Shown: one piece after another, positions 8,391-18,419 of the stretch
Layout: each line of letters starts with the position of its first letter
Numbering within the stretch: position 1 is the first letter of the stretch
Virus record (IMG/VR): IMGVR_UViG_3300032024_000273
Coordinates: 1 to 34,146 of that record
DNA: 34,146 nt
Source: a virus
Taxonomy: Duplodnaviria > Caudoviricetes
Direction: 5' to 3' (one strand)
The notes under the pieces: generated by a model
The model's database searches: none
What the model saw: only the letters and a program-made list of their open reading frames with translations
Told to the model about the DNA's origin: nothing
Translations under genes and position numbers: made by a program

Positions 8391-8638
8391 CGCGGCCTCC
8401 GCGCGAGCGCACCAAGGATCTCGGTGAGTTTCTGATTCATCTCGCTCATCATCTCGCGATCGCTCACGCGCTGGGTCTGGAGCTCCATCAGCTTGACATC
8501 CTGCGTCGCATTCCAGCGGACGGTGATCTTGACGTCCTCGGCCAGGCTCCGCCCCCAGAATCCGGCCAGGGCGACGGCGATCAGGACGATCACACCCACG
8601 AGCCAGCGGAGGGAGACGGGGGCGTCGGACTCGGTCAT
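8387..8638 (-). CDS. Single-TM coiled-coil protein (holin/antiholin-like lysis accessory)
   Basis: MTESDAPVSLRWLVGVIVLIAVALAGFWG; GGGAG SD; coupled to the tail tip and endolysin genes. Confidence 0.65.
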   Translation of the reverse strand: MTESDAPVSLRWLVGVIVLIAVALAGFWGRSLAEDVKITVRWNATQDVKLMELQTQRVSDREMMSEMNQKLTEILGALARRPR

Positions 8639-11600
8639 GTCGTGCTCCCGAGGACGGTGGACAGGAGGCGCGGCTGGGTGGCGATCGTGAGCACGCTCTT
8701 CTCGGGGTTGAGGAGGTCCTCCGTCAAGGCCACCAGGCGGGCGGAGAACACCTCCTCGATCTCGGTGTCGGTCACATCCACGAGCCCGCCGTGGTGCAAC
8801 TGGTCGTCGGGCCAGCTGCTCGGGTCGTGGCCCGTGAGGTCGGCGATCGATCCCTTCACGGTGACGAGCGGCGTCCCGTGGGTCTGGAGCCGTGTGAGGG
8901 ACCGCTGCCAGCTGGTGGCCGATCCCGAGCCCGCGATGAAGTCCACTGCGGGTGAGATCGTGATCTGTGCCACGCCGAGAAAAAAGGGGATCTCGGGCGC
9001 CCCGCCGAGATTGTCCGCCTTCACGCCGACCTCGACTGATTTCATCCCCGCGGTCGTCACCGCGTACGACACGTCTGTCCGGATCCACTCTCCGATGGGG
9101 GAGACCGCGAGGTTCATGGAGTCTAGCGACCCATCCACGGGGTCTCGCGTCCTCAGATTGATCCCCACGACACCGGTCTGTGTCAGTTTGTGCCAGACCG
9201 AGTACGTGACGGTGGCCGGGCCGCGCAGGAAGATCGTGCGGGCCTGCTGCACGAAAGGAGAGGCCACCGCCGTCAGGAACTCCACGCTGCGCGATCCGCC
9301 GAAACTGTGCAACCCACTGAGCCGGACCTTGGTATTCCCCGCCCACACCCCCACGGACAGGACCCAGTCGTCGGGAGCAACGCCGTCCGCGCTCCGCCCG
9401 AACACCGGGTTCCGCGCCCAGTTGGTGACGTGCGGCACCGTCGACGGGAACTCCTTCGCGATCGCCCCCTCGCTCGCACTCAGGCTCGGCAATGCGAGGA
9501 ACGAGACGCCGGTCCCTGCGCTGTCGGCCGTGAGCCGCCCCCAGTCGTTCACCAGGATCCCGGTAGTCGAGGCCATCAGCAGCCGGGTCGTGGTGTCCGA
9601 GACCACGACGGAACCGGTGATGGGGTGCACCGTCCCCGCCGCATCCTCCCACCCGAAGCCCGCGAGCTGGTCCAGCTCCAGGCTCGGACCCGTACCGCCC
9701 TCGGTGCTGGCCACCTCGATCGAGACGTTCGTGGCAACCGCGGTCACCAGCCAGGCATTGTCGTCGAGGGTCCGCCCGGAGCCGTCGACGGGATAGAGCC
9801 GGGTCGCCTGCTCCGACGGGTCGCGGGTGATCTCGATGCCGAGGAGATTTTTGCCGGTGCGCACATCGGGGACCGGGGCCGCGGCACCCACGACCGCGAT
9901 ATCGATCAGGTAGTTGGTCGTCCCGTTCCGGCGAGCGCTGATTTCGTGGGTGCTCGCGGTGGCCTCGTTGACCTGGGTCACCCCGGCGACGAGCGCGGCC
10001 AGGCTGGTCGCCTTCGCAAACGTCGTGTCCACCACGCCCGCCGGCGTCACGCCGAGGCCCCACTGCTCGGGGCGGCTGGCGTTAGGGATCAGTAACTCGG
10101 CCAGGAGATTGGCAATCGTGCGCCGCTGGGCGGTGACGCTGAGGGCGGGGACGCCACCCGTCACCGTGGTCAGCAGACCGGACCGGTCCCCGAAATCGAG
10201 GATCGGGTCCTGGGCCTCAACCGTACCCACTCCGTCCCCGGTGCTCGCCAGGGTCACAGAGGCGGCGCGGTACTCGTCGAAATCCCCGTCTCGGCGCACC
10301 ACGCGCAGGACGCGGCCCGCACGCAGGGCGCTGACCCCGGGCCAGGCGCGGCGCAGGAAGCGGACCGTGAGGCGGCGGACCCGCACCAGCCCGTCGAACC
10401 GGTGATCGACCGTGGCCTCGATGACCCCGAGGACGTCGCCGATCACGAGACCGCCGAGACACGCCAGGTCCGTGGCCAGCTCGATCCGCTCGAACCGAGC
10501 GCGAGGACCTGCCGGAACGGGAATCGCTCCCCCCGCCTGGGCGCTCGCGCGGAACACGACCGCGGTGAGACCTGGTGTGGACGCGACCACCTCATCGGTG
10601 TTGACCCCGGGATTGGTGCCCAGTGACCAGCGCGAGAGCGCCGCGATCCCGGAGGCATTCGTCATCACCGCCGCGGGCGAGCTCGGCGCGATACTCCCAT
10701 TGACCCCCTGGGTCCGGGTAAAGGTCACCGGGTGATTGGGGACCGGGTTCCCCGCCACATCGCGCACCGTCACCGCCGGGGGCGACCCGACGGCCGTCCC
10801 CACCGAGCCGGTCTGGGTGAGGGCCGAGGCCGCGGTCATCGAAGCCGCGGGGCCGGGGACCCCGGACGCGCGGAAGGTGATCGGGCTCCCCGCGAGACCG
10901 GTGGCCGTGGCCGTGGCCTGGTTGACGTCGGCGCCCACCGTAGCGCCGGCGGTCCAGCTGGTGGCGCGCGCAATACCGTTGGCGTCGGTGTTGACGCTGG
11001 CGGGAGAGATAGATCCCCCGCCGGCGGTCGAGGCGAAATCCACCGAGCGGCCCGCGACGGGGAGACCCGACGCATCACGGACCCGCACCGCGGGGCGATC
11101 GGTCACCGCGCTGCTCACGATCACATCCTGGCTCGTGGCACTCGCGGCCTCAACCTGGGTGGCGGTGAGGGTGAGGCCCGTGGCGCTGAACGTCTGTGGG
11201 CTGCCCGTCAGCCCCGACACCGTGGCGGTGACGGTATTGGCGCCCGGCACGGAGCCGAGCGTCCACCGGCCGGCCCGCGCAAGGCCGTCGACCCCGGTCA
11301 GGACCTGGGTGACGTCGAGGCTACCGCCGCCCGCGGTGATCGCAAAATCGACGGGGACGCCCTCCACCGGCACACCGCCGCTCCCCGTGATGAGGACTGC
11401 CGGGGGGTCTGCGACATTGGTGGAGGTGCCCGCGTTCTGGCTCGTGGCCGAGGCGGGGACCATCGTCGTGGCGGGATTCTGTCCGGTCGCCAAGAAGGTC
11501 AGCGGCGGGAGTGCCCCCGCGGTGGCGGTCGCCTCGTTGGACCCGGGGCTCGCCCCCAGGGTCCAGCTGCTGCTGGACGCGACGCCGGTGGATCCGGTCA

Positions 11601-12405
11601 CCACGGCGGTGGCGGGGAGGACGCTGCCCCCGCCGACCGTGGCGGTAAAGGCCACGGGTTGGCCGGCGATCGGATTCCCGAAGCCGTCCTGGGCCCGGGC
11701 CGCCGGTGGACTGCCGACCGGAGAGGAGATCTGCCCCACCTGGCTGACGGGACTGACCGCGACCAACGCCGCCAGGGCGCCCGGCGTCGCCGTGGCGGTG
11801 AACACGATGGGATTCCCGGTGAGACCGGCCACACTCAGCTGCACCGACTGTGCCCCGGCTGTGGTCCCGAGGATCCAGCTGCCGAGCGTCGCGACGCCGG
11901 AGCCGTCGGTGACGAGCGACGTCTCCGATATCTGCCCCTGGCCGCTCAGGACCGACGCCAGGACCGTGATACCGCCTTTCCCGACACCGGCCGTGTCTTT
12001 GACCAGCACCGAGGGCGGGGCCGCCACGGCGGAGCCCACCGTCGCACTCTGGCTCGTGGCGCTATTGGCCTCGATCGACGACGCCGGCGCAGGGGTCCCC
12101 TCGGCGCTGAAGACGAGGGGACTCCCGCTCAGACTGCCGGCGGTGACCTCGAGGGTGTTCGTGCCGGGAGTGGCTCCGAGGGTCCAGCTCGTGGCCTCCG
12201 CGGTCCCATTGATGTCGGTCTGGAGAGAGGCGGGGATGACGCTGCCTCCGCCGCCGGTGACCGCGATGGTGACGGAGAATCCCGGGACCGGGAACCCGTC
12301 GACGTCCTCCACGATCACAGACGGCGGTTCGCCGACTGTCGAGCCGGCGCGGGCGCTCTGGCTCAGAGCGCTGAGGGCCCGGACCGTGGCCGGGATCCCG
12401 GCCAT
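8635..12405 (-). CDS. Tail tip/hub protein with six N-terminal Big-1-type Ig repeats and a carbohydrate-binding-like insert
   Basis: Start MAGIPATV set by TGATG overlap and GGAGG SD; six ~102-aa repeats; KNLLGIEITRD...ATRLYP hub-like motif; located after Dit. Confidence 0.8.
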   Translation of the reverse strand: MAGIPATVRALSALSQSARAGSTVGEPPSVIVEDVDGFPVPGFSVTIAVTGGGGSVIPASLQTDINGTAEATSWTLGATPGTNTLEVTAGSLSGSPLVFSAEGTPAPASSIEANSATSQSATVGSAVAAPPSVLVKDTAGVGKGGITVLASVLSGQGQISETSLVTDGSGVATLGSWILGTTAGAQSVQLSVAGLTGNPIVFTATATPGALAALVAVSPVSQVGQISSPVGSPPAARAQDGFGNPIAGQPVAFTATVGGGSVLPATAVVTGSTGVASSSSWTLGASPGSNEATATAGALPPLTFLATGQNPATTMVPASATSQNAGTSTNVADPPAVLITGSGGVPVEGVPVDFAITAGGGSLDVTQVLTGVDGLARAGRWTLGSVPGANTVTATVSGLTGSPQTFSATGLTLTATQVEAASATSQDVIVSSAVTDRPAVRVRDASGLPVAGRSVDFASTAGGGSISPASVNTDANGIARATSWTAGATVGADVNQATATATGLAGSPITFRASGVPGPAASMTAASALTQTGSVGTAVGSPPAVTVRDVAGNPVPNHPVTFTRTQGVNGSIAPSSPAAVMTNASGIAALSRWSLGTNPGVNTDEVVASTPGLTAVVFRASAQAGGAIPVPAGPRARFERIELATDLACLGGLVIGDVLGVIEATVDHRFDGLVRVRRLTVRFLRRAWPGVSALRAGRVLRVVRRDGDFDEYRAASVTLASTGDGVGTVEAQDPILDFGDRSGLLTTVTGGVPALSVTAQRRTIANLLAELLIPNASRPEQWGLGVTPAGVVDTTFAKATSLAALVAGVTQVNEATASTHEISARRNGTTNYLIDIAVVGAAAPVPDVRTGKNLLGIEITRDPSEQATRLYPVDGSGRTLDDNAWLVTAVATNVSIEVASTEGGTGPSLELDQLAGFGWEDAAGTVHPITGSVVVSDTTTRLLMASTTGILVNDWGRLTADSAGTGVSFLALPSLSASEGAIAKEFPSTVPHVTNWARNPVFGRSADGVAPDDWVLSVGVWAGNTKVRLSGLHSFGGSRSVEFLTAVASPFVQQARTIFLRGPATVTYSVWHKLTQTGVVGINLRTRDPVDGSLDSMNLAVSPIGEWIRTDVSYAVTTAGMKSVEVGVKADNLGGAPEIPFFLGVAQITISPAVDFIAGSGSATSWQRSLTRLQTHGTPLVTVKGSIADLTGHDPSSWPDDQLHHGGLVDVTDTEIEEVFSARLVALTEDLLNPEKSVLTIATQPRLLSTVLGSTT

Positions 12406-13133
12406 CAGCGCTTCGCCTCCAGGTCGGTGACCGGGGGCGCCCCGCGGCCGACCTTGGCGTTGAGCATGAGGATCGCACTGGCGGCCGCGTTGCCTCGGCT
12501 CGCCACATAGGCGCGGGCACCCCCCCATGCGGGAGGCAAGGCGAGAGCGGCCGCGGGCGCGGGACCCGTCTCGGTCCCGCCGTTGATCCGCTGCCGCACC
12601 TGGGACACGCCCGCGGCGGAGAGCGTCCCCGTCAGCTGCACCCGCTGACCGGTCACCGGAGCCGTGCCCGTCATCGTGCTGGTGCGGGTCGTGGTGCCGT
12701 CGGTATAGGTGAGCCGGTACTGCGTCCCCGACGACTCCAGGAGGATCCGAGCCCCGGTCGCGGCCTCATTGCCCACGTAGAGCACGGCACCGCCCGCCGC
12801 CAGGCTCCCACGCTCCACGAACTCAGCATAGAGCACGATGTCAGTCGGGTGCAGGAGCATGTCGTACCAGAGCCGGTCGGTGCTCCCCATCAGGAGACCC
12901 GGCGTCTCCCGCACACCATCCGTATCGAGGTCTGCCCACTCGTGCGCCGGCTGGCCATCCACCAGCGTCCGGGTGACGCCCTGGCTGTCGGTCGCACTCC
13001 GGGTGCCGAGGCGACTGAAGTGCGCCGCCTGGCCCGAGACCGCGGCGAGATCAATGTCCGAGAAATCTCCATGCAGTGCCCAGGCACTCAGGCGCTCGAG
13101 CTGGTCACCCGTGAGACCCGGCAGGAGTGTCAT
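12405..13133 (-). CDS. Tail-associated protein, possible ConA/LamG-like beta-sandwich
   Basis: Start MTLLPGLTG set by ATGA overlap with Dit; FSRLGTRSATDSQG motif typical of phage tail proteins. Confidence 0.65.
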   Translation of the reverse strand: MTLLPGLTGDQLERLSAWALHGDFSDIDLAAVSGQAAHFSRLGTRSATDSQGVTRTLVDGQPAHEWADLDTDGVRETPGLLMGSTDRLWYDMLLHPTDIVLYAEFVERGSLAAGGAVLYVGNEAATGARILLESSGTQYRLTYTDGTTTRTSTMTGTAPVTGQRVQLTGTLSAAGVSQVRQRINGGTETGPAPAAALALPPAWGGARAYVASRGNAAASAILMLNAKVGRGAPPVTDLEAKR

Positions 13134-13912
13134 CGCCACCCCCGCCGGTAGAGGATCTGTGCCGTTCCGCCCGACACCTCGGCGGTGAGCGGGCCGCGGC
13201 GAGGATCGAGAGGGAAGGGGAAGGTCCCCGCCGCCAGGAGACTCCGGCCATTGACCGCGACGCCGGCGGTGACGCGATCGATCCGCACCCGCCGCATGTC
13301 GATCGCCAGGTACTCGGTGGTCCCGAGGCCCACGGCGAACGCCAGCGGCACTCCGATCGGCTCCCCGCGCCCATCCCGCAGCGCGAACACCACGTTGGTA
13401 CTCGGGCCCATGAGGTGGATCACCGGATCGCTCGCGGCGGAGCCCAGCGGGAGAGTGACCCGGGTGTTCGGAGCCGTGATCGCGGTGCCGGTCATCGCCG
13501 TGGCGCGCCACAGCGGATCGGGGCAGGTGATCACCGCGTCAATGCGCGAGGCGAAGTTCGGGACCCCGGCGTTGAGGGGCGCCGGCACGAACGTCCGGGT
13601 ATACCCCTCGACCCACCGGCGGATCGTCCCCTCGGTGATCTCGATCCGGATGAGCCCGGAGAAGAGCAGCTGCTCGAGCGCCACCTCCAGAGCATCCCGC
13701 GCCTCGGGGGTCGCCGCCTGGATCCCGCCCGCGAGACCCAGATCCCGGCTCCCCGCCTCGAGCCGGGAGGCGAGCCCCCCATACCGTGAGGGGAGTTGCG
13801 TCATCGCGACGGTCCGGGCCGGCATGTCGAGCCACCCCGGAAGCCCGTCCGGAAACCACCCGTAGGTGGTCCCGAGGTCGACGCCGTTCACCCGGATACG
13901 GAGGTCACTCAT
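13130..13912 (-). CDS. Distal tail protein (Dit)-like
   Basis: Follows the TMP; VNGVDL start, CPDPLW motif, terminal YRRGWR. Confidence 0.8.
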   Translation of the reverse strand: MSDLRIRVNGVDLGTTYGWFPDGLPGWLDMPARTVAMTQLPSRYGGLASRLEAGSRDLGLAGGIQAATPEARDALEVALEQLLFSGLIRIEITEGTIRRWVEGYTRTFVPAPLNAGVPNFASRIDAVITCPDPLWRATAMTGTAITAPNTRVTLPLGSAASDPVIHLMGPSTNVVFALRDGRGEPIGVPLAFAVGLGTTEYLAIDMRRVRIDRVTAGVAVNGRSLLAAGTFPFPLDPRRGPLTAEVSGGTAQILYRRGWR

Positions 13913-16734
13913 TGGAGCACCCGTGCGACGCCCGAGGCCTGCCGGGCTCGGAGGAGTTCGATTGCCAGCCGCGCAGAGATGCTCTCGGCCAGGGCGTCAG
14001 TGGTGAGATCCAGCCCACGGGCCCCGCTGCCCTCCACCGTGATCGCCCCAATCGAGACGAGCGGGCCGCTGCGCGGGTCCGCGAGCAGCGAGCGGATATC
14101 CGAGAGCGTGGCGTTCATGGCGCGAAACTCAGCTAGGCTCGACTGCGGGAAGGCGTCCGCCTGCGTGAGCCCCGTCATCGCCGCCTCGGAGAGGGGCGGC
14201 ATCGCCATCGGGGGGGTGATCCCCGCCGAGACATCGACCGGGAGCGGATCGCTCGCTGTCGCCACGGGCTCGTCCGCCGCACCCACCGACTCTTCCAGTA
14301 AACCCTTCAGGTCCTCGAGAACGTCCAGGAAGTCCTCGCCGCTCAGACCGCCGAGATCACGGGCGGAGAGCGTCGGGAGGTCGAGGAAGAGCTGGCGGAT
14401 GGCTGCGAGACCCGCCTGCCGTCCCTCCTCCGTCGCAAAATCGATCCCGCCCAGCCGGGCCCCGAGAGTGGCAGACCCGAGAGACCCCCCGGCGAGTGCC
14501 GCCAGCCGACGCGCCTGCTCCGTGTCGGAGAGATCGAACAGCGAGGCCTCGCGCTGCAGGGACTCGCGCTGGCCCGTGAACGTGTCGGCGAACTGCGTCG
14601 GCTCGATCGAGCGCAGTCCCTGCAGCAGCTGGCCCAGGAGTTCGAACCGGAGGTTACCGTCCTTGTCCCGGATAGTGAGGCCCAAATCCTTCGCGATGGC
14701 GTCAAGATCGCCGATCCCCAGCCCCTGCTTGGCCAGCTGCCCGCCGAGTGCAATGGTCCGGTTCTTCGAGGCGCCGGCGTTGGCATTGAGTCCCACGAGG
14801 AACCGGCTCAGCACATCCTCGGCGGTGGCGAGCTTGCCGCCCGCCGTCGAGAGGCGCAGCACGTCGCCCTGCAGTCGGGTCAGGTCCTCGAGCCGCGTCG
14901 TGTTTTTCTTGAGCGCTTCTTCTGCGCTCTTCTGCGCGGGCGACTTACCCCCGAAGAATCCCTTGACCAGCGAGCTGACTCCGCTGATGATGCCGATGAC
15001 GCCCTGCACGCTCATGGCGCCGGTGAAGGTCTGCGCGATCGAGGCGCCCAGGTTGACGATGGTGTTGAGTGTACTTTGGCCCGCCGTGGAGATCAGGCCG
15101 AGGGCGCCCCCCATGTCGATCGCGGACCGAGCGCTCTTCTCTAGCGTGCTCCCCAGGGTCTCCGTTTCGTCGCTGGCGCCCTCGGTGGTGTCGACCCAGT
15201 CGTCGAGGAACGAGAGGAAGGTCTTCCCTTTTTGCGTGAGCTTGACGACTTCCTCGCGGGTCTTGCCCGATGTCGTCGCGAGTTTGTCGAAGCCGTCGAC
15301 GAGGTCCGGCAGCTCGATACCGCTCAGGGCACGGAAGGTGGTTCCCAACGTGATGACCGGCTTCTGCGCCTTGTCGAACCCCGACGCGAGGAGGAGGTTG
15401 GCTTGGTCGATCTCCTGATAGGCCTCTGTGATGCTTTTCGCCTCGCCGGCGACGAAGGTGCCGAGGTCCTTCTGCCGATTGGCCAGTTCCTTGGCGCGAT
15501 CGGCGGAGACCTTCCGCTCCAACTGGATCAGCAGTGTCCCCAATTCCTCGTTGAGGCCGGCGAGCGTCTTGGCTGTGTCCGCTGCGGCCTTCTCCCGGGC
15601 CTTTCGCTCCTCTTCGGTGAGCGTGATCCGCTGGTGGCCGCCTTGGGCCGCAGCATCCGTCATCCCCTGCTGTCCACGAGTCTCGATCCCCACGATCTCG
15701 AATGCCGCTGCCTCGCGCCGTGCACTGATGGCCGCGAGAGACCGGTTCGCGTCGGTCACCATCTTGATCCCCGTATTCCCCGCTTCGTCGGCGAACTGGA
15801 CAAGCGAGTCCCCGAAAATGAACAGGAGGAGACGGCTCTGGCCCAGAGTCTCGGACATCGAGAGGAGCAGGTTTCCTCCGACACGTTGCCAGAAAGGAAC
15901 GATCGACTCAAACACGCCGCCGAGATCGTTGGCCAAAAGCTGGATCCCGCCAATGAACATCCGGAACCCATCGGCGAGGAAGGCCAGAGCCGGAATAACA
16001 GCGGTACGCACGTCGGCCATGGCCTGGCCGAGGGTTGCCGCCGCCTGCTCGGTTTTGATCTTGAGGAGCTCCTGTTGCCCGGCGGCCGACGCGAGGAAGT
16101 CCGTGAACGACCCGGTGACTTTCTGGCCGTCTTGCAGGGCACGGGTGAGTAGCGCCTGTGCCTTCTCCGTGTCACTCAGTTTGCCCGGGCTCTTCCCGAT
16201 CGCCGCCGCAAACTCCTCGAAGAGTACCGAGGGGTTGGCGTTGAAAAGCTTATCCGTGCCTTCATCGATCCCGAGGATCGACTGCTGCACGGCCTTGAGG
16301 GTCTCGGAGGCAGTCAAGCCCTTGGCGGCGCCGATCTCGAGGAACGCTGCGAGGGCGGGCCCCGCCTTGCCGACGTCGCCCGCCTTCACGGCGAGCTTCG
16401 CCATCTCCACCGCGAAGTCGTTCGCCTGGACTGCGGAGAGCTGAAACTTCTGCTGGGCTTCGTCGGCGATGCCGGCCAGGGTGGAGAGCGGGACGCCCGT
16501 AATCTTGGCGGTGCCCTCCAGTTTCCGGATGGACGCTTCCAGCCGGTCCGCCGCATCGAACGCCGCGCCCAGGCCACGGATCAGGCCGGCGAACCCAATG
16601 CCCTGGACCAGGCTGTTCTCGAGCAGCCGCTTGGCCTCGCGGCCGGCGCCTTTCAGCGACGACTTGAAGGAGTCGAGTCCCTTGGTCGCCAGGTCCTTGA
16701 CGCGGAGGATGAGTGTGATGTCGCGTTCAGCCAT
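13909..16734 (-). CDS. Tail tape measure protein
   Basis: 941 aa helical Ala/Leu/Gly-rich; ITLILRVKDLATKGL start; follows the chaperones. Confidence 0.92.
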   Translation of the reverse strand: MAERDITLILRVKDLATKGLDSFKSSLKGAGREAKRLLENSLVQGIGFAGLIRGLGAAFDAADRLEASIRKLEGTAKITGVPLSTLAGIADEAQQKFQLSAVQANDFAVEMAKLAVKAGDVGKAGPALAAFLEIGAAKGLTASETLKAVQQSILGIDEGTDKLFNANPSVLFEEFAAAIGKSPGKLSDTEKAQALLTRALQDGQKVTGSFTDFLASAAGQQELLKIKTEQAAATLGQAMADVRTAVIPALAFLADGFRMFIGGIQLLANDLGGVFESIVPFWQRVGGNLLLSMSETLGQSRLLLFIFGDSLVQFADEAGNTGIKMVTDANRSLAAISARREAAAFEIVGIETRGQQGMTDAAAQGGHQRITLTEEERKAREKAAADTAKTLAGLNEELGTLLIQLERKVSADRAKELANRQKDLGTFVAGEAKSITEAYQEIDQANLLLASGFDKAQKPVITLGTTFRALSGIELPDLVDGFDKLATTSGKTREEVVKLTQKGKTFLSFLDDWVDTTEGASDETETLGSTLEKSARSAIDMGGALGLISTAGQSTLNTIVNLGASIAQTFTGAMSVQGVIGIISGVSSLVKGFFGGKSPAQKSAEEALKKNTTRLEDLTRLQGDVLRLSTAGGKLATAEDVLSRFLVGLNANAGASKNRTIALGGQLAKQGLGIGDLDAIAKDLGLTIRDKDGNLRFELLGQLLQGLRSIEPTQFADTFTGQRESLQREASLFDLSDTEQARRLAALAGGSLGSATLGARLGGIDFATEEGRQAGLAAIRQLFLDLPTLSARDLGGLSGEDFLDVLEDLKGLLEESVGAADEPVATASDPLPVDVSAGITPPMAMPPLSEAAMTGLTQADAFPQSSLAEFRAMNATLSDIRSLLADPRSGPLVSIGAITVEGSGARGLDLTTDALAESISARLAIELLRARQASGVARVLQ

Positions 16735-17071
16735 CCCGACCCCCGAACGCCGCGATCTGTTCGCGCTGCCAGTCCTCGCTATTCCCGCGGCTCAGGGCCA
16801 CCGCCCGGGCCAGGTGGAGCCGCTCCATCGCGTAGCCCGACCACATGGAGTGCCAGTACGCCAGCAGGACGTGATAGGGCATACACCCATCGCGGGTCCG
16901 CCACCGCCGGGGAGCGTAATAGGTGCCGGGGAATCGCTGCTGGACGTGCAGGATCATCATCTCCACCGAGAGGCTGGGGCTCGCCGTCGTAGCGCGGGTC
17001 TGCCGCCGGATCAGTTCGTCGAACCGGTCTCCTACTCCTTCAGGGCGGCGATTGTCGCCGCCCGGGAGGCG
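16727..17071 (-). CDS. Frameshift extension of the tail chaperone (gpGT-like, fusion about 225 aa from 17403)
   Basis: The -1 frame is open from the T TTT TTC heptamer to 16727. Confidence 0.75.
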   Translation of the reverse strand, partial: RLPGGDNRRPEGVGDRFDELIRRQTRATTASPSLSVEMMILHVQQRFPGTYYAPRRWRTRDGCMPYHVLLAYWHSMWSGYAMERLHLARAVALSRGNSEDWQREQIAAFGGRDG

Positions 17072-17403
17072 AAAAAATCGCGTAACCACACCTGCTGCTC
17101 GACCTCCGTGGCCCGCCGGAACACGGCGACTGGATCACCCCACAGCCACATCGAGGGACGCCAGGGAAACAGCCGGCGGAGGAGACGCAGAGCCGCCGCC
17201 ATGACCTCCTGGCGGTGCACGACCACCTCGTGCTGCCATCTCTCCTCCGGCTGGCCGGATCTCCGGGCCGGGGCCTCCGCCCAGAGCGCCCGGTACTGCA
17301 TGACCTCGTCCGCGCTCAGCCACCGGGCCCGGTAGGTCCGTCCATTGCACCGGACGGACCAGGGCTCATGCGCCGCGCGAAACCGGTCGAGATCGAAGCC
17401 CAT
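17032..17403 (-). CDS. Tail assembly chaperone (gpG-like)
   Basis: Between tail tube and TMP; slippery site near its 3' end. Confidence 0.8.
   Translation of the reverse strand: MGFDLDRFRAAHEPWSVRCNGRTYRARWLSADEVMQYRALWAEAPARRSGQPEERWQHEVVVHRQEVMAAALRLLRRLFPWRPSMWLWGDPVAVFRRATEVEQQVWLRDFFASRAATIAALKE
17043..17077 (-). promoter_or_regulatory. Programmed -1 ribosomal frameshift signal
   Basis: In-frame T_TTT_TTC (17077-17071), 7-nt spacer, perfect 9-bp hairpin GGGCGGCGA-CAA-TCGCCGCCC (17063-17043). Confidence 0.85.
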
Positions 17404-18419
17404 CAGTCGAACAGGACGCTCATGACGCCGGCCACCGGGGCCACCACGAGTTCCATGGTGGCAACCCCATTGTGCTCTCCGGGGGTCGCGCTCATCACCT
17501 GCGCGGCCGCGAAACTGTACTTTTCCCGGAAATACTGTGTCGACCCGAACGCCAGGTCCACCGCGATTTGGGTCCCGATTTCCGTCAGCTTGTATCCGTC
17601 GAAGGCCGCGGCCGCCGTAAAGGGTGTCGCCTGGAGTGCCGTCGACTCGATCTGAATCGTGAGTTCGGGCCGCCGTCCCCCGGGGACAAAGCCCTGATGC
17701 AGCCCGGTGCTGTCAGTCCCCCGTTGCCGGTCCACCTCGCGGTTGAGCGCGAAGCTGGCCGTCAGGATCCGGGCATTGGCCGCAGTCATGCTCCCCAGCG
17801 TGAGGGACGCCAGGGCGCTCGGTGCCGGCTCGATCGTCTCCTCGGCGTAGGTGATCGCCGGGAGCGACGCATCGGCGACGTCGGAGGGCACGGTGCCCAC
17901 GAGGTTGAAGGTGTGCACCGGAGGTGCGCCATCGGCGAAGGTCCACGCCCAGTCGGCGAGGATCCCCTGCGCCTTGAACCGCTCCTTCCGGGCGTAGAAC
18001 TCGCCCGCGAGGCTTGCGCCGATCGTGTCGGGTGCCGTCGGGGTGTAGGTCACCTTCTCGACCCCGAGCGTGGTCACAATCGCGGCGTCGAATCCGGCGG
18101 CTTTGAGGAGCCGGTGGAGCGAGGGCAGCACGGTGGCCGAATAGGCGGCGCCCCCAGCGCGCGAGAGCGCCGGCAGGGCCAGCGTCATGTTCCGGCCCCG
18201 CTGCGGGCCCCGGCGGGCAATGCCCAGGTTGCCGGGATTGAGCCCGTGACTCCCGTCGTACAGGTACCGGAACTCCGGCACCGGGAGACTCCCCCGGTCC
18301 TCGAGGTGGATGAGCAGCCCGTCGGTGGCGGCCGACAGCGTGGGGTTGGCGGCGTTGTAGGAGGCCTCCTCCTTGAGCAGCACACCGCCGACATGCAGGA
18401 GTTTCGCGGGAGCAGGCAT
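17403..18419 (-). CDS. Major tail tube protein
   Basis: 338 aa; LKEEASYN start and LHRLLKAAGF...YTPT motifs; directly upstream of the chaperones. Confidence 0.8.
   Translation of the reverse strand: MPAPAKLLHVGGVLLKEEASYNAANPTLSAATDGLLIHLEDRGSLPVPEFRYLYDGSHGLNPGNLGIARRGPQRGRNMTLALPALSRAGGAAYSATVLPSLHRLLKAAGFDAAIVTTLGVEKVTYTPTAPDTIGASLAGEFYARKERFKAQGILADWAWTFADGAPPVHTFNLVGTVPSDVADASLPAITYAEETIEPAPSALASLTLGSMTAANARILTASFALNREVDRQRGTDSTGLHQGFVPGGRRPELTIQIESTALQATPFTAAAAFDGYKLTEIGTQIAVDLAFGSTQYFREKYSFAAAQVMSATPGEHNGVATMELVVAPVAGVMSVLFD

Noticed and set aside
8387-13511. Long N-terminal extensions in the ORF track (8387-10063, 8635-12528, 12405-13511)
   Set aside because: They overlap upstream genes; the real starts are indicated by SD sequences and stop/start overlaps at 8638, 12405 and 13133.
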